Positions 1-8,962 of a stretch of 64,000 nucleotides of DNA are shown in pieces. Numbering within the stretch: position 1 is the stretch's first letter; the number at the start of each line of letters is the position of its first letter. This DNA comes from an uncultured delta proteobacterium (lineage in GTDB: Bacteria; Desulfobacterota; Binatia; Binatales; Binataceae). The translations under genes were made by a program, and so were the position numbers. The stretch spans positions 1,120,001-1,184,000 of the forward strand of contig CAVQEQ010000004.1 in the NCBI GenBank assembly GCA_963711565.1, written 5' to 3'. The notes under the pieces were generated by a model. The model was not told the DNA's origin. It ran no database searches and worked only from the letters and a program-made list of their open reading frames with translations.

Positions 1-314
1 CGCAAGCCGACGGCACCTCGGTCATCACCGAGACGATTTTTGAAAACCGCTTCATGCACGCGCAAGAACTGGCGCGGATGGGCGCCGACATCCTGATGAA
101 GGGCCCCACCGCCGTCATTCGCGGCCCGTCGAAGCTGAGCGGCGCACCGGTGATGGCGACCGACCTGCGCGCCAGCATGGGTTTGATAATCGCCGGGCTT
201 GCGGCGGAACAGACAACCGAGCTCAGCCGCATCTACCATCTTGATCGCGGTTATGAGGCGCTCGACGCGAAGCTCTCGAAGTTGGGCGCGCGAATCGAGC
301 GCGCGCAAGAATAA
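1..314 (+). CDS. murA: UDP-N-acetylglucosamine 1-carboxyvinyltransferase, 3' part (truncated by window edge)
   Basis: Frame open from base 3: [19 protein letters not shown] and YHLDRGYE are MurA C-terminal motifs. Confidence 0.96.
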   Translation, partial: QADGTSVITETIFENRFMHAQELARMGADILMKGPTAVIRGPSKLSGAPVMATDLRASMGLIIAGLAAEQTTELSRIYHLDRGYEALDAKLSKLGARIERAQE

Positions 315-1684
315 TGAGGCCGCGGGTTCTCAAGTCTCAGACGCCGGAGTTCAGAAAATTTCTGGCTTCGATACTCGCGCGGCGCGGCGGCGACAGCGCC
401 TCTATCGACGGCGCCGTGTCGAAGATAATCGCCGACGTGCGTGAGCGCGGCGATCGCGCGCTAATCGATCTCACGTCAAGGTTTGATGGCGTGAAGCTCA
501 CTCTCGCGACGCTTCGCGTGACGCCCGCCGAACGGCATTCAGCGCTCAACCGTATCCCGGCTGAGGATCGACGCGCGCTGGAGCTCGCGGCCGAGCGAAT
601 CGCCGAGTTTCACCGCCGCACGATGGAGCAGTCGTTCATCTATCGCGACAAGTCCGGGATGCGGCTGGGACAGATGGTGCTACCGATGCGCCGTGTTGGA
701 ATCTACGTGCCTGGCGGCCTCGGCGCGTATCCGTCGTCGGTGCTGATGAATGCGATTCCCGCCAAAGTCGCGGGAGTTGCCGAAATCGTGATGGTCTCGC
801 CGCCGTCGTCGGAGGGCGAGCGGCTTGCCGTGCTGGCGGCAGCGGAAATTGCCGGCGTCAACGAGTTCTACCGCGTCGGCGGAGCGCATGCGGTCGCGGC
901 GCTCGCCTACGGCACCGAGAGCATCAAGCCGGTGGACAAGATTGTCGGTCCCGGCAACGCCTACGTGCAGGCCGCCAAGCGTATGGTTTACGGCGTCACC
1001 GATATCGACAAGATGGCGGGGCCGAGCGAGGTGCTGGTGATCGCCGACGACCGCGCGCATCCAGAATGGATCGCGGCCGACCTAATCGCGCAGGCCGAGC
1101 ACGGCTCCGGCGACGAGGCCGCAGTGCTGCTGACCACGTCGGCGAGTATCGCGAATCGAGTTGCCGAGGCGGTGGAAGCTGCGTTGAAGAGTCTGCCGCG
1201 CGCACGCCAGGTCGAGGCTGCATTGGTCAAGCGCGGCGCGATGGTCGTCGTCCACGATCTCAACGAGGCCTTTGAGCTCGCCAACGAGATTGGCCCCGAG
1301 CACCTCGAGCTCGACATCCGCAATCCGTCGCGATGGCTGCCCAGGGTCAGGGCGGCGGGCGCGGTTTTTCTGGGGCCTCTCACGCCTGCGCCGCTTGGCG
1401 ACTACCTGGCAGGCCCCAACCACGTGCTGCCGACCGGCGGCGCCGCGCGGTTCGCGTCGCCTTTGGGTGCATACGATTTCTTGAAACGAACCAGTATAAT
1501 CGAGGCGTCGACCGGCGCGATTGCGGCGCTCGGACCGACGGTCGCGCACTTGGCGCGGATGGAAGGGTTTGAGGGCCATGCGCGCGCCATCGAGTTGCGA
1601 AATGGAGCGCCGGACGGAAAGGCGAAGCGGGCAGGGCGGAATCGAAATGCAGAACAAGCGCAAAATCTTACGAAACGAAGCTAA
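314..1684 (+). CDS. hisD: Histidinol dehydrogenase
   Basis: GIYVPGG, YPSSVLM, KIVGPGNAYV, AGPSE, QAEH, PEHLE, GDYLAGPNHVLPT motifs; start overlaps the murA stop (TAATG). Confidence 0.97.
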   Translation: MRPRVLKSQTPEFRKFLASILARRGGDSASIDGAVSKIIADVRERGDRALIDLTSRFDGVKLTLATLRVTPAERHSALNRIPAEDRRALELAAERIAEFHRRTMEQSFIYRDKSGMRLGQMVLPMRRVGIYVPGGLGAYPSSVLMNAIPAKVAGVAEIVMVSPPSSEGERLAVLAAAEIAGVNEFYRVGGAHAVAALAYGTESIKPVDKIVGPGNAYVQAAKRMVYGVTDIDKMAGPSEVLVIADDRAHPEWIAADLIAQAEHGSGDEAAVLLTTSASIANRVAEAVEAALKSLPRARQVEAALVKRGAMVVVHDLNEAFELANEIGPEHLELDIRNPSRWLPRVRAAGAVFLGPLTPAPLGDYLAGPNHVLPTGGAARFASPLGAYDFLKRTSIIEASTGAIAALGPTVAHLARMEGFEGHARAIELRNGAPDGKAKRAGRNRNAEQAQNLTKRS

Positions 1685-2315
1685 GACCGCGAGTCCGGTC
1701 GCGCGGCTGGCGCCGGCCAGGGCCAGGCGCAGTGCCCAGGTCGAGCGCAAGACGCGTGAGACTTCGGTGACGGTCTCGCTCAAGCTCGACGGTGCGGGGC
1801 GCGGTGAGGCGAAGACCGGCGTTCCGTTCCTCGACCACATGCTCGAGAGCTTCGCGCGCCACGGATTCTTTGACCTCAAGGTCGAGGCCAGCGGCGATTT
1901 GCATATAGATGACCATCACACGGTCGAGGACGTCGGAATCGTGGTGGGCAGGGCGTTTCGCGACGCGCTCGGCGATCGCGCAGGCATCAAGCGGTTTGGC
2001 GAGGCGACCGTGCCGCTCGACGAGGCTGTCTGCACCGCGATTGTCGATATCAGCGGACGCGCGTACCTGGGCTACAACGTCCCGATCAGCCAGGAGCGGG
2101 TCGGCAACTTCCAGACCGAGTTGGTGCACGACTTCATGAAGGCGCTGACCGACGAAGTCGGAATGAACCTGCATCTCAACTTGGTCAGCGGCCGCAACCC
2201 GCATCACATCATCGAGGCCACCTTCAAAGCGTTGGCGCGCGCGATGGACCATGCCACGGCTCGCGAGCCGCGGCTTTCAGGCGTGTTATCGACCAAGGGC
2301 ACGCTCAGCAGCTAG
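1647..2315 (+). CDS. hisB: Imidazoleglycerol-phosphate dehydratase
   Basis: RKTRET, FLDHML, DDHHTVED, NPHHIIEATFKA, STKG. Start set at ATG 1647; ATG 1602 is also possible. Confidence 0.95.
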   Translation: MQNKRKILRNEAKTASPVARLAPARARRSAQVERKTRETSVTVSLKLDGAGRGEAKTGVPFLDHMLESFARHGFFDLKVEASGDLHIDDHHTVEDVGIVVGRAFRDALGDRAGIKRFGEATVPLDEAVCTAIVDISGRAYLGYNVPISQERVGNFQTELVHDFMKALTDEVGMNLHLNLVSGRNPHHIIEATFKALARAMDHATAREPRLSGVLSTKGTLSS

Positions 2316-2320
2316 ATCGC

Positions 2321-3058
2321 TTGTTCGAGAAGTTCACCGTTATTCCCTCAATCGACCTGAAGGGCGGCCAGGTCGTACGCCTGCTCCACGGCGACATGAG
2401 CCGGGTCACCGTCTATGGTGCGCATCCGGGCGAGACTGCGCGTCGCTTCGATGAGGCGGGGGCGGAACTTATCCACATAGTCGATCTCGATGGCGCGATT
2501 GCCGGCGAACCGCGAAATATCGGGGCGATCGCCGAAATTCGAGCGGCGACAAAATGCGCAATCGACGTGAGCGGGGGCTTGCGGACGATCGAAGCCGTGC
2601 GCGCGGCCTTCGCGGCTGGCGCCGACCGCGTCTCGATTGGTTCGGCCGCGTTGCTGAATCCGGACCTGCTCCGCCACGCCTGCACCGAGTTCCCGGGACG
2701 GATCTTCGGCTCGATCGACATCCGCGACGGCCGGCTTGCCGTCAAAGGATGGGTTGAGACGAGCCAACTCACCGTCGCCGAGGCAGCAGAGCGGTTCCGC
2801 ACTGCGGGTGTCGCGGCGGCAATCGTGACCGACATCGTCCGCGACGGTGCGCAGGTCGGCGTCGATGCGGCTCGCATGGAAGAAATCGCCAAGTCTGTAC
2901 GCTTCCCGGTGATCGCGTCAGGCGGAGTCGCGAGTCTCGACGACATCCGCGCCCTTCAGCGGCGATTCGAGGCTGGGATAGTGGGAGTGGTCGTGGGTCG
3001 AGCGCTATACGAAGGAAATTTCAGTCTACGCGATGCTTTAGCTGTGGCTATCAGTTAG
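2321..3058 (+). CDS. hisA: ProFAR isomerase
   Basis: IPSIDLKGGQVVRL, HIVDLDGA, SGGLR, TDIVRDG, IASGG, GRALY; TTG start. Confidence 0.95.
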   Translation: MFEKFTVIPSIDLKGGQVVRLLHGDMSRVTVYGAHPGETARRFDEAGAELIHIVDLDGAIAGEPRNIGAIAEIRAATKCAIDVSGGLRTIEAVRAAFAAGADRVSIGSAALLNPDLLRHACTEFPGRIFGSIDIRDGRLAVKGWVETSQLTVAEAAERFRTAGVAAAIVTDIVRDGAQVGVDAARMEEIAKSVRFPVIASGGVASLDDIRALQRRFEAGIVGVVVGRALYEGNFSLRDALAVAIS

Positions 3059-3079
3059 CGCTTATTCAATTCAGTACGT

Positions 3080-3480
3080 CGCTATTGCTATTCTACTGTC
3101 CTGGACTCTACCCTTAAGTTCCCTGTAGCTTTGTACTCGCCGCGCGATTGCCATCACCGAGCTATAGGCTACTTCGTACATGCTCCATAGCATGAAGCTG
3201 CCCGGTCTAGAGCTTCATTTGACTTGAACAGCTGTCTACGGGGTTCAAGAGTTGATTTTTGATATTTAGAAGTACAATCAAGCGCGTGCTATACGCTTGA
3301 CATAGAGCCTGCCGACCGTAGAGAATGCCCAAGCTGGGTAAAGACATGATTTTATGGTCTCAACCAAGCGTAACCAATCAAGAGCAAATAGCAATAAAGG
3401 TTGGATACTCCATCAGGTAGATTCTGGAGTTAGCTAGCAGTAGGTGTTTATAACTAGAAAGCTGGTTTTCCCTACAATCA
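3080..3480 (+). ncRNA. Candidate structured RNA or long regulatory leader upstream of the flp pilins
   Basis: AT-richer non-coding stretch with many inverted repeats, e.g. 3083-3092/3387-3396, 3122-3130/3160-3168, 3192-3199/3211-3218, 3223-3229/3243-3249, 3278-3284/3294-3300, 3407-3412/3425-3430. Confidence 0.35.
3297..3326 (+). promoter_or_regulatory. Possible sigma70 promoter for the flp cluster
   Basis: TTGACA (3297-3302), 18 nt, GAGAAT (3321-3326). The -35 overlaps the arm of the inverted repeat TCAAGCG..CGCTTGA. Confidence 0.35.
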
Positions 3481-3564
3481 GTTAAAGTTGTCGCAAGCCG
3501 CGGGGGTATTGGATCCCCGCGTGACGGTTGTTCGAAACACACTAACGGACGGAGGGACACGGAA

Positions 3565-3735
3565 ATGGATCTGATCAGGAAACTGTATGCGAAAGCAGAT
3601 GGGTTCGCGCGCGGCCAGACAATGGCCGAGTATGCGCTGATCCTCGCGGCGGTCGCGGTCGTGGTCTATCTCGGCTACCAGACCATGGGCACGACGATTA
3701 CGACTCTGCTCAGCAGCATTGACGGCAAGCTCTAA
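3565..3735 (+). CDS. flp: Flp family type IVb pilin (56 aa), copy 1; absent from the ORF track
   Basis: Hand-translated MDLIRKLYAKADGFARG/QTMAEYALILAAVAVVVYLGYQTMGTTITTLLSSIDGKL; Flp G/xxxxEY motif plus hydrophobic helix; GGAGG RBS. Confidence 0.93.
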   Translation: MDLIRKLYAKADGFARGQTMAEYALILAAVAVVVYLGYQTMGTTITTLLSSIDGKL

Positions 3736-3773
3736 TCGTTGACCGTTCTCGGCGAGAAGGCTGATTTAAAAAG

Positions 3774-3798
3774 CCGGCGGAGGCTGTACCTCCGCCGG
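3774..3798. terminator. GC-rich hairpin between flp1 and flp2 (terminator or mRNA-stability element)
   Basis: CCGGCGGAGG-ctgta-CCTCCGCCGG flanked by A runs; a U tail exists only on the minus strand. Confidence 0.45.
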
Positions 3799-3852
3799 AA
3801 AAACACAACTTTCGTAACAGCCAGGAAGAGGCACAGCACTCTCCAGGGCAGC

Positions 3853-4023
3853 ATGAATTCGATTAGAAAACTGTATGTGAAGGCAGAATTGTTTGCCCGC
3901 GGCCAGACGATGGCTGAGTATGCGCTTCTTCTGGCATCGGTAGCCGTCGTGGTCTATGCCGGTTACAGCACGATGGGTAAGACCATCACGACACTGCTCA
4001 GCAGCGTGGACGGCAAGCTCTAA
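3853..4023 (+). CDS. flp: Flp family type IVb pilin (56 aa), copy 2
   Basis: MNSIRKLYVKAELFARG/QTMAEYALLLASVAVVVYAGYSTMGKTITTLLSSVDGKL; start chosen by alignment with the paralogs. Confidence 0.93.
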   Translation: MNSIRKLYVKAELFARGQTMAEYALLLASVAVVVYAGYSTMGKTITTLLSSVDGKL

Positions 4024-4146
4024 TCCTGGTCCATTTTCGCCAGGCTAAGAAATTAAGCCGGCGCGGGTTTTGTGCCACCGTAGGCAAAGCCAATTAGCCG
4101 CGACTCAGCGAAACAGCTACAGTCGCGCCAAACAGAGGAGTTCAAG

Positions 4147-4317
4147 ATGAATACGATCAGGAAAATGTATGTGAAGGCAGATTCGTTCGCGCGCGGACAG
4201 ACGATGGCTGAGTATGCGCTGATCTTGGCGGCGGTTGCCGTCGTAGTCTATGTCGGCTACGAGACCATGGGCACGACGCTCACCACAATGCTCTCCAGCG
4301 TGGACACCAGCCTCTAG
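4147..4317 (+). CDS. flp: Flp family type IVb pilin (56 aa), copy 3; absent from the ORF track
   Basis: MNTIRKMYVKADSFARG/QTMAEYALILAAVAVVVYVGYETMGTTLTTMLSSVDTSL; GAGGAG RBS. Confidence 0.93.
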   Translation: MNTIRKMYVKADSFARGQTMAEYALILAAVAVVVYVGYETMGTTLTTMLSSVDTSL

Positions 4318-4347
4318 TCCGCGGCGAACAGACATAGCCAAACGCGG

Positions 4348-5376
4348 TCAGGTTGCGTCAGTGAAAGGACGCAACCTGACTCGTGGATTAGCGCACCATC
4401 GCGGCACGCGTCCACTGAGCACCGCAAGGATATTGTCCGCCGCGACGGCAGCCATGCGGGCGCGCGTAGCGATACTGGCGCTGCCGATGTGCGGCGTAAT
4501 CACCACGTTATCGAGTCGAAGGAGCGGATCGCGATGCGCGATCGGCTCGGGATCGGTCACGTCGAGGCCTGCGCCACCCAATCGGCGTGATTTCAGCGCC
4601 GCAACCATCGCGGCTTGATCGACCACTGCGCCCCGTGCGGTGTTGATTAGAATAGCCCCCGGCTTCATCATCGCGAACTCGCGCGCCCCGATCATGTGCC
4701 GCGTTTTGGCCGTCAGGGGTACGTGAATCGACACGTAGTCCGATTCCGCCAGCAAGCGGGGCAGCGTGACGGCGACGGCGCCCGCAGGCCGAACGTCCGC
4801 GCGTCGCGTTATTCGCTTGCTCGACGGATGCTTGAGATACAGCACCCGCATCCCGAATCCCATCGCGCGGCGCGCCATCGCCTGTCCAATCGCGCCGAAC
4901 CCTATTATCCCGAGCGTGCTCGAATAGACGTCGTGGCCGAGCATCATCATCGGCCCCCAAGTGCGCCATTTGCCCGCGCGCACATGCCGATCAGCTTCGG
5001 CGATTCGCCGCGCCGTCGCCATCAGCAAGCCGAAAGCGAGGTCCGCGGTGGCCTCAGTCAGCACGCCGGGAGTATGGCCGACCGCGATACCCGCGCGAGT
5101 GGCGGCGTCGAGGTCGATATTGTCCACGCCGACGCCCAGGTTGCTGATGACGCGCAGGCGCGGCGCGTCCGCAATCACTCGCGCGTCGATCTTGTCGGTG
5201 ATCATCGAGAGTACTGCATCAGCATTCGCTAGCGCCGCTCGCAGCGCCGAGGCCGGCGGCGGCATCTCATCGCGCCATACCGTAACTGCAGCCGCGGCGC
5301 GGATACGCTCGAGCGCGGCGCTGTCGATCGTGCGCGTGACGAAGACTTTTCGGCATGGACGAGCTCGACGCGGCAT
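4348..5376 (-). CDS. D-isomer-specific 2-hydroxyacid dehydrogenase (glyoxylate/hydroxypyruvate reductase-like)
   Basis: GVGVDNID, LTEATAD, GIIGFGAIG Rossmann motif, INTARG, LDVTDPEP, TPHIGSA. Confidence 0.92.
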   Translation of the reverse strand: MPRRARPCRKVFVTRTIDSAALERIRAAAAVTVWRDEMPPPASALRAALANADAVLSMITDKIDARVIADAPRLRVISNLGVGVDNIDLDAATRAGIAVGHTPGVLTEATADLAFGLLMATARRIAEADRHVRAGKWRTWGPMMMLGHDVYSSTLGIIGFGAIGQAMARRAMGFGMRVLYLKHPSSKRITRRADVRPAGAVAVTLPRLLAESDYVSIHVPLTAKTRHMIGAREFAMMKPGAILINTARGAVVDQAAMVAALKSRRLGGAGLDVTDPEPIAHRDPLLRLDNVVITPHIGSASIATRARMAAVAADNILAVLSGRVPRWCANPRVRLRPFTDAT

Positions 5377-5432
5377 CTGACGAAACTCCTGACGGTTCAA
5401 ATAGTTCTTTGGCTCTGCTATACGCGACAAGC

Positions 5433-7604
5433 GTGACTGACTCCATCGTTTCATCGGTAATTTCGTCGGCTCGTTCGAGTGGACGGACGGTTCTCACGGA
5501 AATTGAGGCCAAGCGAATCCTGCATTCGCTCGACTTGCCGGTCGTCGTGCCCGAGGCGGCCGCGACGGCTGACGACGCGGTGCGCGCGGCGGCGCGAATC
5601 GGCTTCCCGGTGGTGCTAAAAGTGCTGTCGCCGGAGGTCAGTCACAAAAGTGACGTCGGCGGCGTCGAGCTGAATCTCGGCGACGAGGCTGCCGTACGCG
5701 CCGCCTTCGATCGAATTCGCCGGAGCCTCGCCGCCAACGCCCGCGACGCTCACTTCGATGGCGTCGCCGTGCAGCCGATGGCGAAGCCCGGCGTCGAGCT
5801 CATTGCCGGGACCTTCCGCGACGAGCGCTTCGGCGCAATGGTGATGGTCGGGCTCGGCGGCGTATTCGTCGAAGTGATGAAGGATACCGCCCTAGCGATT
5901 GCGCCGATCGGCGGGCGCGAGGCGTCTGCGATGCTCGCACAGCTTCGCGGCGCTCAGATTCTGCGTGGCGTACGCGGTCAGCCGGGCGTTGATATCGACG
6001 GGATCGTATCACTGCTCGAAACCGTCTCTGGAATCGCATCGGCCCATCCCGACATCGCCGAGATGGATCTCAATCCGGTCGTCGCGTACGAGGACGGGTT
6101 CGCAATCCTCGATGCTCGAATCGTGCTGGCGGCAGAGTCGGGCAGGGTGACGCAGCCGGACCTGCACCATGCGGCGCGGCTCAAAAATCTTGAGCGCGCG
6201 TTCAACCCCCGCACGGTCGCCGTCATCGGCGACAAGCGGATGGGCGGCTACATGTGGCTGCGCGCGATGGCGCATCTCAAGGGCAAGCTCTACTCGGTGC
6301 AAATCGATCCTAACGAGATCCCGGGAATCGAGGCGCTAGGCGTCGAGAATCGCAAGAGCCTGGCCGAAATCACCGAGCCAATCGATTACGCGGTCAGCGC
6401 CGTCCCGCGCCAGATCGCGCCGCGAATCTTGAAGGATTGCGTCGCGAACCACGTCGGCTCGATCGGATTTTTCACGTCGGGATTTTCCGAGACCTCGGAA
6501 GAGCTGGGAATTCGCCTCGAGAACGAGCTGCGTGACCTTGCGCTCAACTCGGAAATCGCGCTGGTCGGCCCGAATTGCATGGGTCTGTACAGTCCGAGCG
6601 CCGGCCTGCGCAATTTTCCCGAGGAAAAAGTTGGAGAAGCGGGTGACGTTTGCTTCATCTCGCAGAGCGGCACGCACACGATCAACTTCTGCCTACAGGC
6701 GCCCAGCCACGGCATCAAGGTGAACAAGGCCGCCTCGATCGGCAACGTGCTGGTGCTCGAGGCCGCGGACTATATCGACCTGATGACCGCGGACCCAGCC
6801 ACGCGCGTGATTGGGATGTATATCGAAGGCGTGCGCGACGGCCGCCGCTTCTTCGACAGCGTCCGCCACGCGGCCGAGCGTCATCCGGTCGTCATCTGGA
6901 AGGGTGGGGTGACCGAGGCGGGCGCGCGCGCGACGTTTTCGCACACCGGCTCGCTCGCGACGCCTGAGGCGACCTGGCGCACTGTCGTGCGGCAAAGCGG
7001 CGCGGTCGAAGTCGCCAGCCTCGACGCGATGCTCGACGCTGTCGAGCTGTTCGCGCGCGCCAGACGCGTCGGCGGCAAGCGGATGGGCCTCGTCGCGATG
7101 ACCGGTGGGCAATCCGTGGTGATCACCGACACGTTCGCGACGGCGGGACTCGAGATTCCCGCGCTGTCGGACTCCTCCTACGATGAACTGAAGACCTTCT
7201 TCAACATTATCGGCGGCAGCTACCGCAATCCGCTTGACGCCGGCGGCACCATCGGCGCGGGCCACCATCAGGGCAATCTCGATCGCGTCCTTGAGATCCT
7301 CGAACGCGACCCCGTAATCGACGCAATCGTGCTCGAGGTCGGCACGGGCCTGCGCGCCGCGCGATGGGCCACGCACGAGGATGAGATCACGGGCCTGCTC
7401 GACAAGCTGGCGGACTTTGCCGGCCGCTCGACCAAGCCCTTCGCCGTCGTAATGCATCCCGCGCACGTCGAGGCTATCGTAGCCCGCGGCAAGGAGCTCG
7501 CCCGCGCGCGCGGCCTGATCGTATTCGATAGCTTCGAGCGCGCCGCGTCCGCCTTCCGGACCGTATCGGACTACTGGGAAAATCGCGCGCGGCTGAGCGG
7601 TTAA
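5433..7604 (+). CDS. Acetate/acyl-CoA ligase (ADP-forming) family, beta-alpha fusion
   Basis: N-terminal ATP-grasp (VLKVLSP, HKSDVGGV, EMDLNP), then CoA-binding domain (GPNCMG, SQSG, SHTGSL, NPLD); GTG start at 5433. Confidence 0.9.
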   Translation: MTDSIVSSVISSARSSGRTVLTEIEAKRILHSLDLPVVVPEAAATADDAVRAAARIGFPVVLKVLSPEVSHKSDVGGVELNLGDEAAVRAAFDRIRRSLAANARDAHFDGVAVQPMAKPGVELIAGTFRDERFGAMVMVGLGGVFVEVMKDTALAIAPIGGREASAMLAQLRGAQILRGVRGQPGVDIDGIVSLLETVSGIASAHPDIAEMDLNPVVAYEDGFAILDARIVLAAESGRVTQPDLHHAARLKNLERAFNPRTVAVIGDKRMGGYMWLRAMAHLKGKLYSVQIDPNEIPGIEALGVENRKSLAEITEPIDYAVSAVPRQIAPRILKDCVANHVGSIGFFTSGFSETSEELGIRLENELRDLALNSEIALVGPNCMGLYSPSAGLRNFPEEKVGEAGDVCFISQSGTHTINFCLQAPSHGIKVNKAASIGNVLVLEAADYIDLMTADPATRVIGMYIEGVRDGRRFFDSVRHAAERHPVVIWKGGVTEAGARATFSHTGSLATPEATWRTVVRQSGAVEVASLDAMLDAVELFARARRVGGKRMGLVAMTGGQSVVITDTFATAGLEIPALSDSSYDELKTFFNIIGGSYRNPLDAGGTIGAGHHQGNLDRVLEILERDPVIDAIVLEVGTGLRAARWATHEDEITGLLDKLADFAGRSTKPFAVVMHPAHVEAIVARGKELARARGLIVFDSFERAASAFRTVSDYWENRARLSG

Positions 7605-7699
7605 GTTCGATTGCGAAGATCGCGAGCGCGGCCCTGCTGCTGCGTGAGAGCGACTGCGTTGACAGCGCGCCGCTGTGACCCAAGACTTGGAAAGTAGAG

Positions 7700-8887
7700 G
7701 TGTTGAACATGGATCGTCTCCTATCCGAACGCGCCCGCCCTTATTTCGAGAAGGCGCAAAAGCTTGCACCGATAATTCGCGAGTATGCCGATCGCGCTGA
7801 ACGCGAGGCGCAGATGCCCCGCGAAGTTGCCGACGCCTTCCACGACTCCGGCCTGTTTCGGATTCTCGTGCCACGCAATATGGACGGCGGCGAACTGACG
7901 ATCCCCGATTCGTTGCGGCTCTGCGAAGAAGTATCCCGCATCGACGCGTTAACCGGATGGAATCTCGCCATTTGTGTGGGCGGTCCGATGTTTGGATACA
8001 ACCTCTCGCGTGCGGCTTTCGATAAAATTTTCTCCGATCCGCGCGGCGTGAGCGCGGGTTCGCTGAATCCCATGACCACCCAGGTGATCGCGGCAGACGG
8101 CGGATGGCGTTTCAGCGGCAAGGCCACCTATGCCAGCGCCTCGGCGCATGCGACCTACCTGATGGCGGCGGGGTTAGTCTTGCGCGACGGTGCGCCGCAA
8201 ATAGTCGATGGGCTTCCCCTGATGCGGGCCGGTGTCTTCCCGATCAAGCACGCGAAAATCCTCAACACCTGGTCGACTGCCGGGATGCGCGGCACCGGCA
8301 GCAACGACTGCGTGTTCGAAAACGTCCCGGTTCCCGATGAATTCACCTTCGATTGGCTCAACGCGAAATCGCCGTGGCAGCGCGGTCCATTCGAGAGCAT
8401 TCCATTGCAGCTGCAATTCGTCGGCAACCTGGTATCGGTGGTGCTCGGCACCGCGCGACACGCCCTCGACACCTTCAACGAAATCGCGCAAGCCAAAGTG
8501 CCGGCCGCGACCCGGGCCACGTTGCGCGAGCGCCCCATCGCGCAGACCCAGTACGCGCAGGCGGAAGGTCTGCTGAATGCGGCCCGCGCCTACTTTTACA
8601 ATTGCAACGACGAGATCTGGCGCAAGGGCGAGGCCGGCGAGAGCTTCAGCATCGAGGACCGCGCGCACGCGCGGCTCGCAGTAGTAACCGCCGCAAAGCT
8701 GGCAGTGCAGGCGGTCGACTTGGTCGCGGATGCGGCCGGAATGAACTCGGCGCAAACCTCGTGTCCCATCGAGCGATGCTGGCGCGACGTGCACACCGCC
8801 ACCCAGCACGTGCTGATGAATACGGCCCGCTTCGAAGTGGTAGGCCGCGTGCTATTCGGCCTGGATCCCGGCTCGCCAGTGATCTGA
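7700..8887 (+). CDS. Flavin-dependent monooxygenase oxygenase subunit, acyl-CoA dehydrogenase fold (HsaA/HpaH C2-like)
   Basis: GWRFSGK..ASA, W..GMRGTGSND, IERCWRDVH..TQH. Confidence 0.85.
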   Translation: MLNMDRLLSERARPYFEKAQKLAPIIREYADRAEREAQMPREVADAFHDSGLFRILVPRNMDGGELTIPDSLRLCEEVSRIDALTGWNLAICVGGPMFGYNLSRAAFDKIFSDPRGVSAGSLNPMTTQVIAADGGWRFSGKATYASASAHATYLMAAGLVLRDGAPQIVDGLPLMRAGVFPIKHAKILNTWSTAGMRGTGSNDCVFENVPVPDEFTFDWLNAKSPWQRGPFESIPLQLQFVGNLVSVVLGTARHALDTFNEIAQAKVPAATRATLRERPIAQTQYAQAEGLLNAARAYFYNCNDEIWRKGEAGESFSIEDRAHARLAVVTAAKLAVQAVDLVADAAGMNSAQTSCPIERCWRDVHTATQHVLMNTARFEVVGRVLFGLDPGSPVI

Positions 8888-8962
8888 AAGCATCTGGTGT
8901 ACGAAAAGGCCGGGATGTGCAATCAGGGCAGTTCAGCCTCGGAATTTATGATCATGCCCACC

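Noticed and set aside
3118-3300. 6S RNA, suggested by CTTGAAC..GGGTTCAAG
   Set aside because: I could not find the matching 5' strand or a convincing closing stem, and the usual zapA/ygfA context is absent. Left for an Rfam test.
3480-3564. c-di-GMP riboswitch or sigma28 promoter before flp1
   Set aside because: No GEMM consensus is visible, and the TAAA..GCCG spacing is too short for sigma28.
3739-3852. N-terminal extension of flp2 in the ORF track
   Set aside because: Paralogs align from ATG 3853, and the extension crosses a hairpin.
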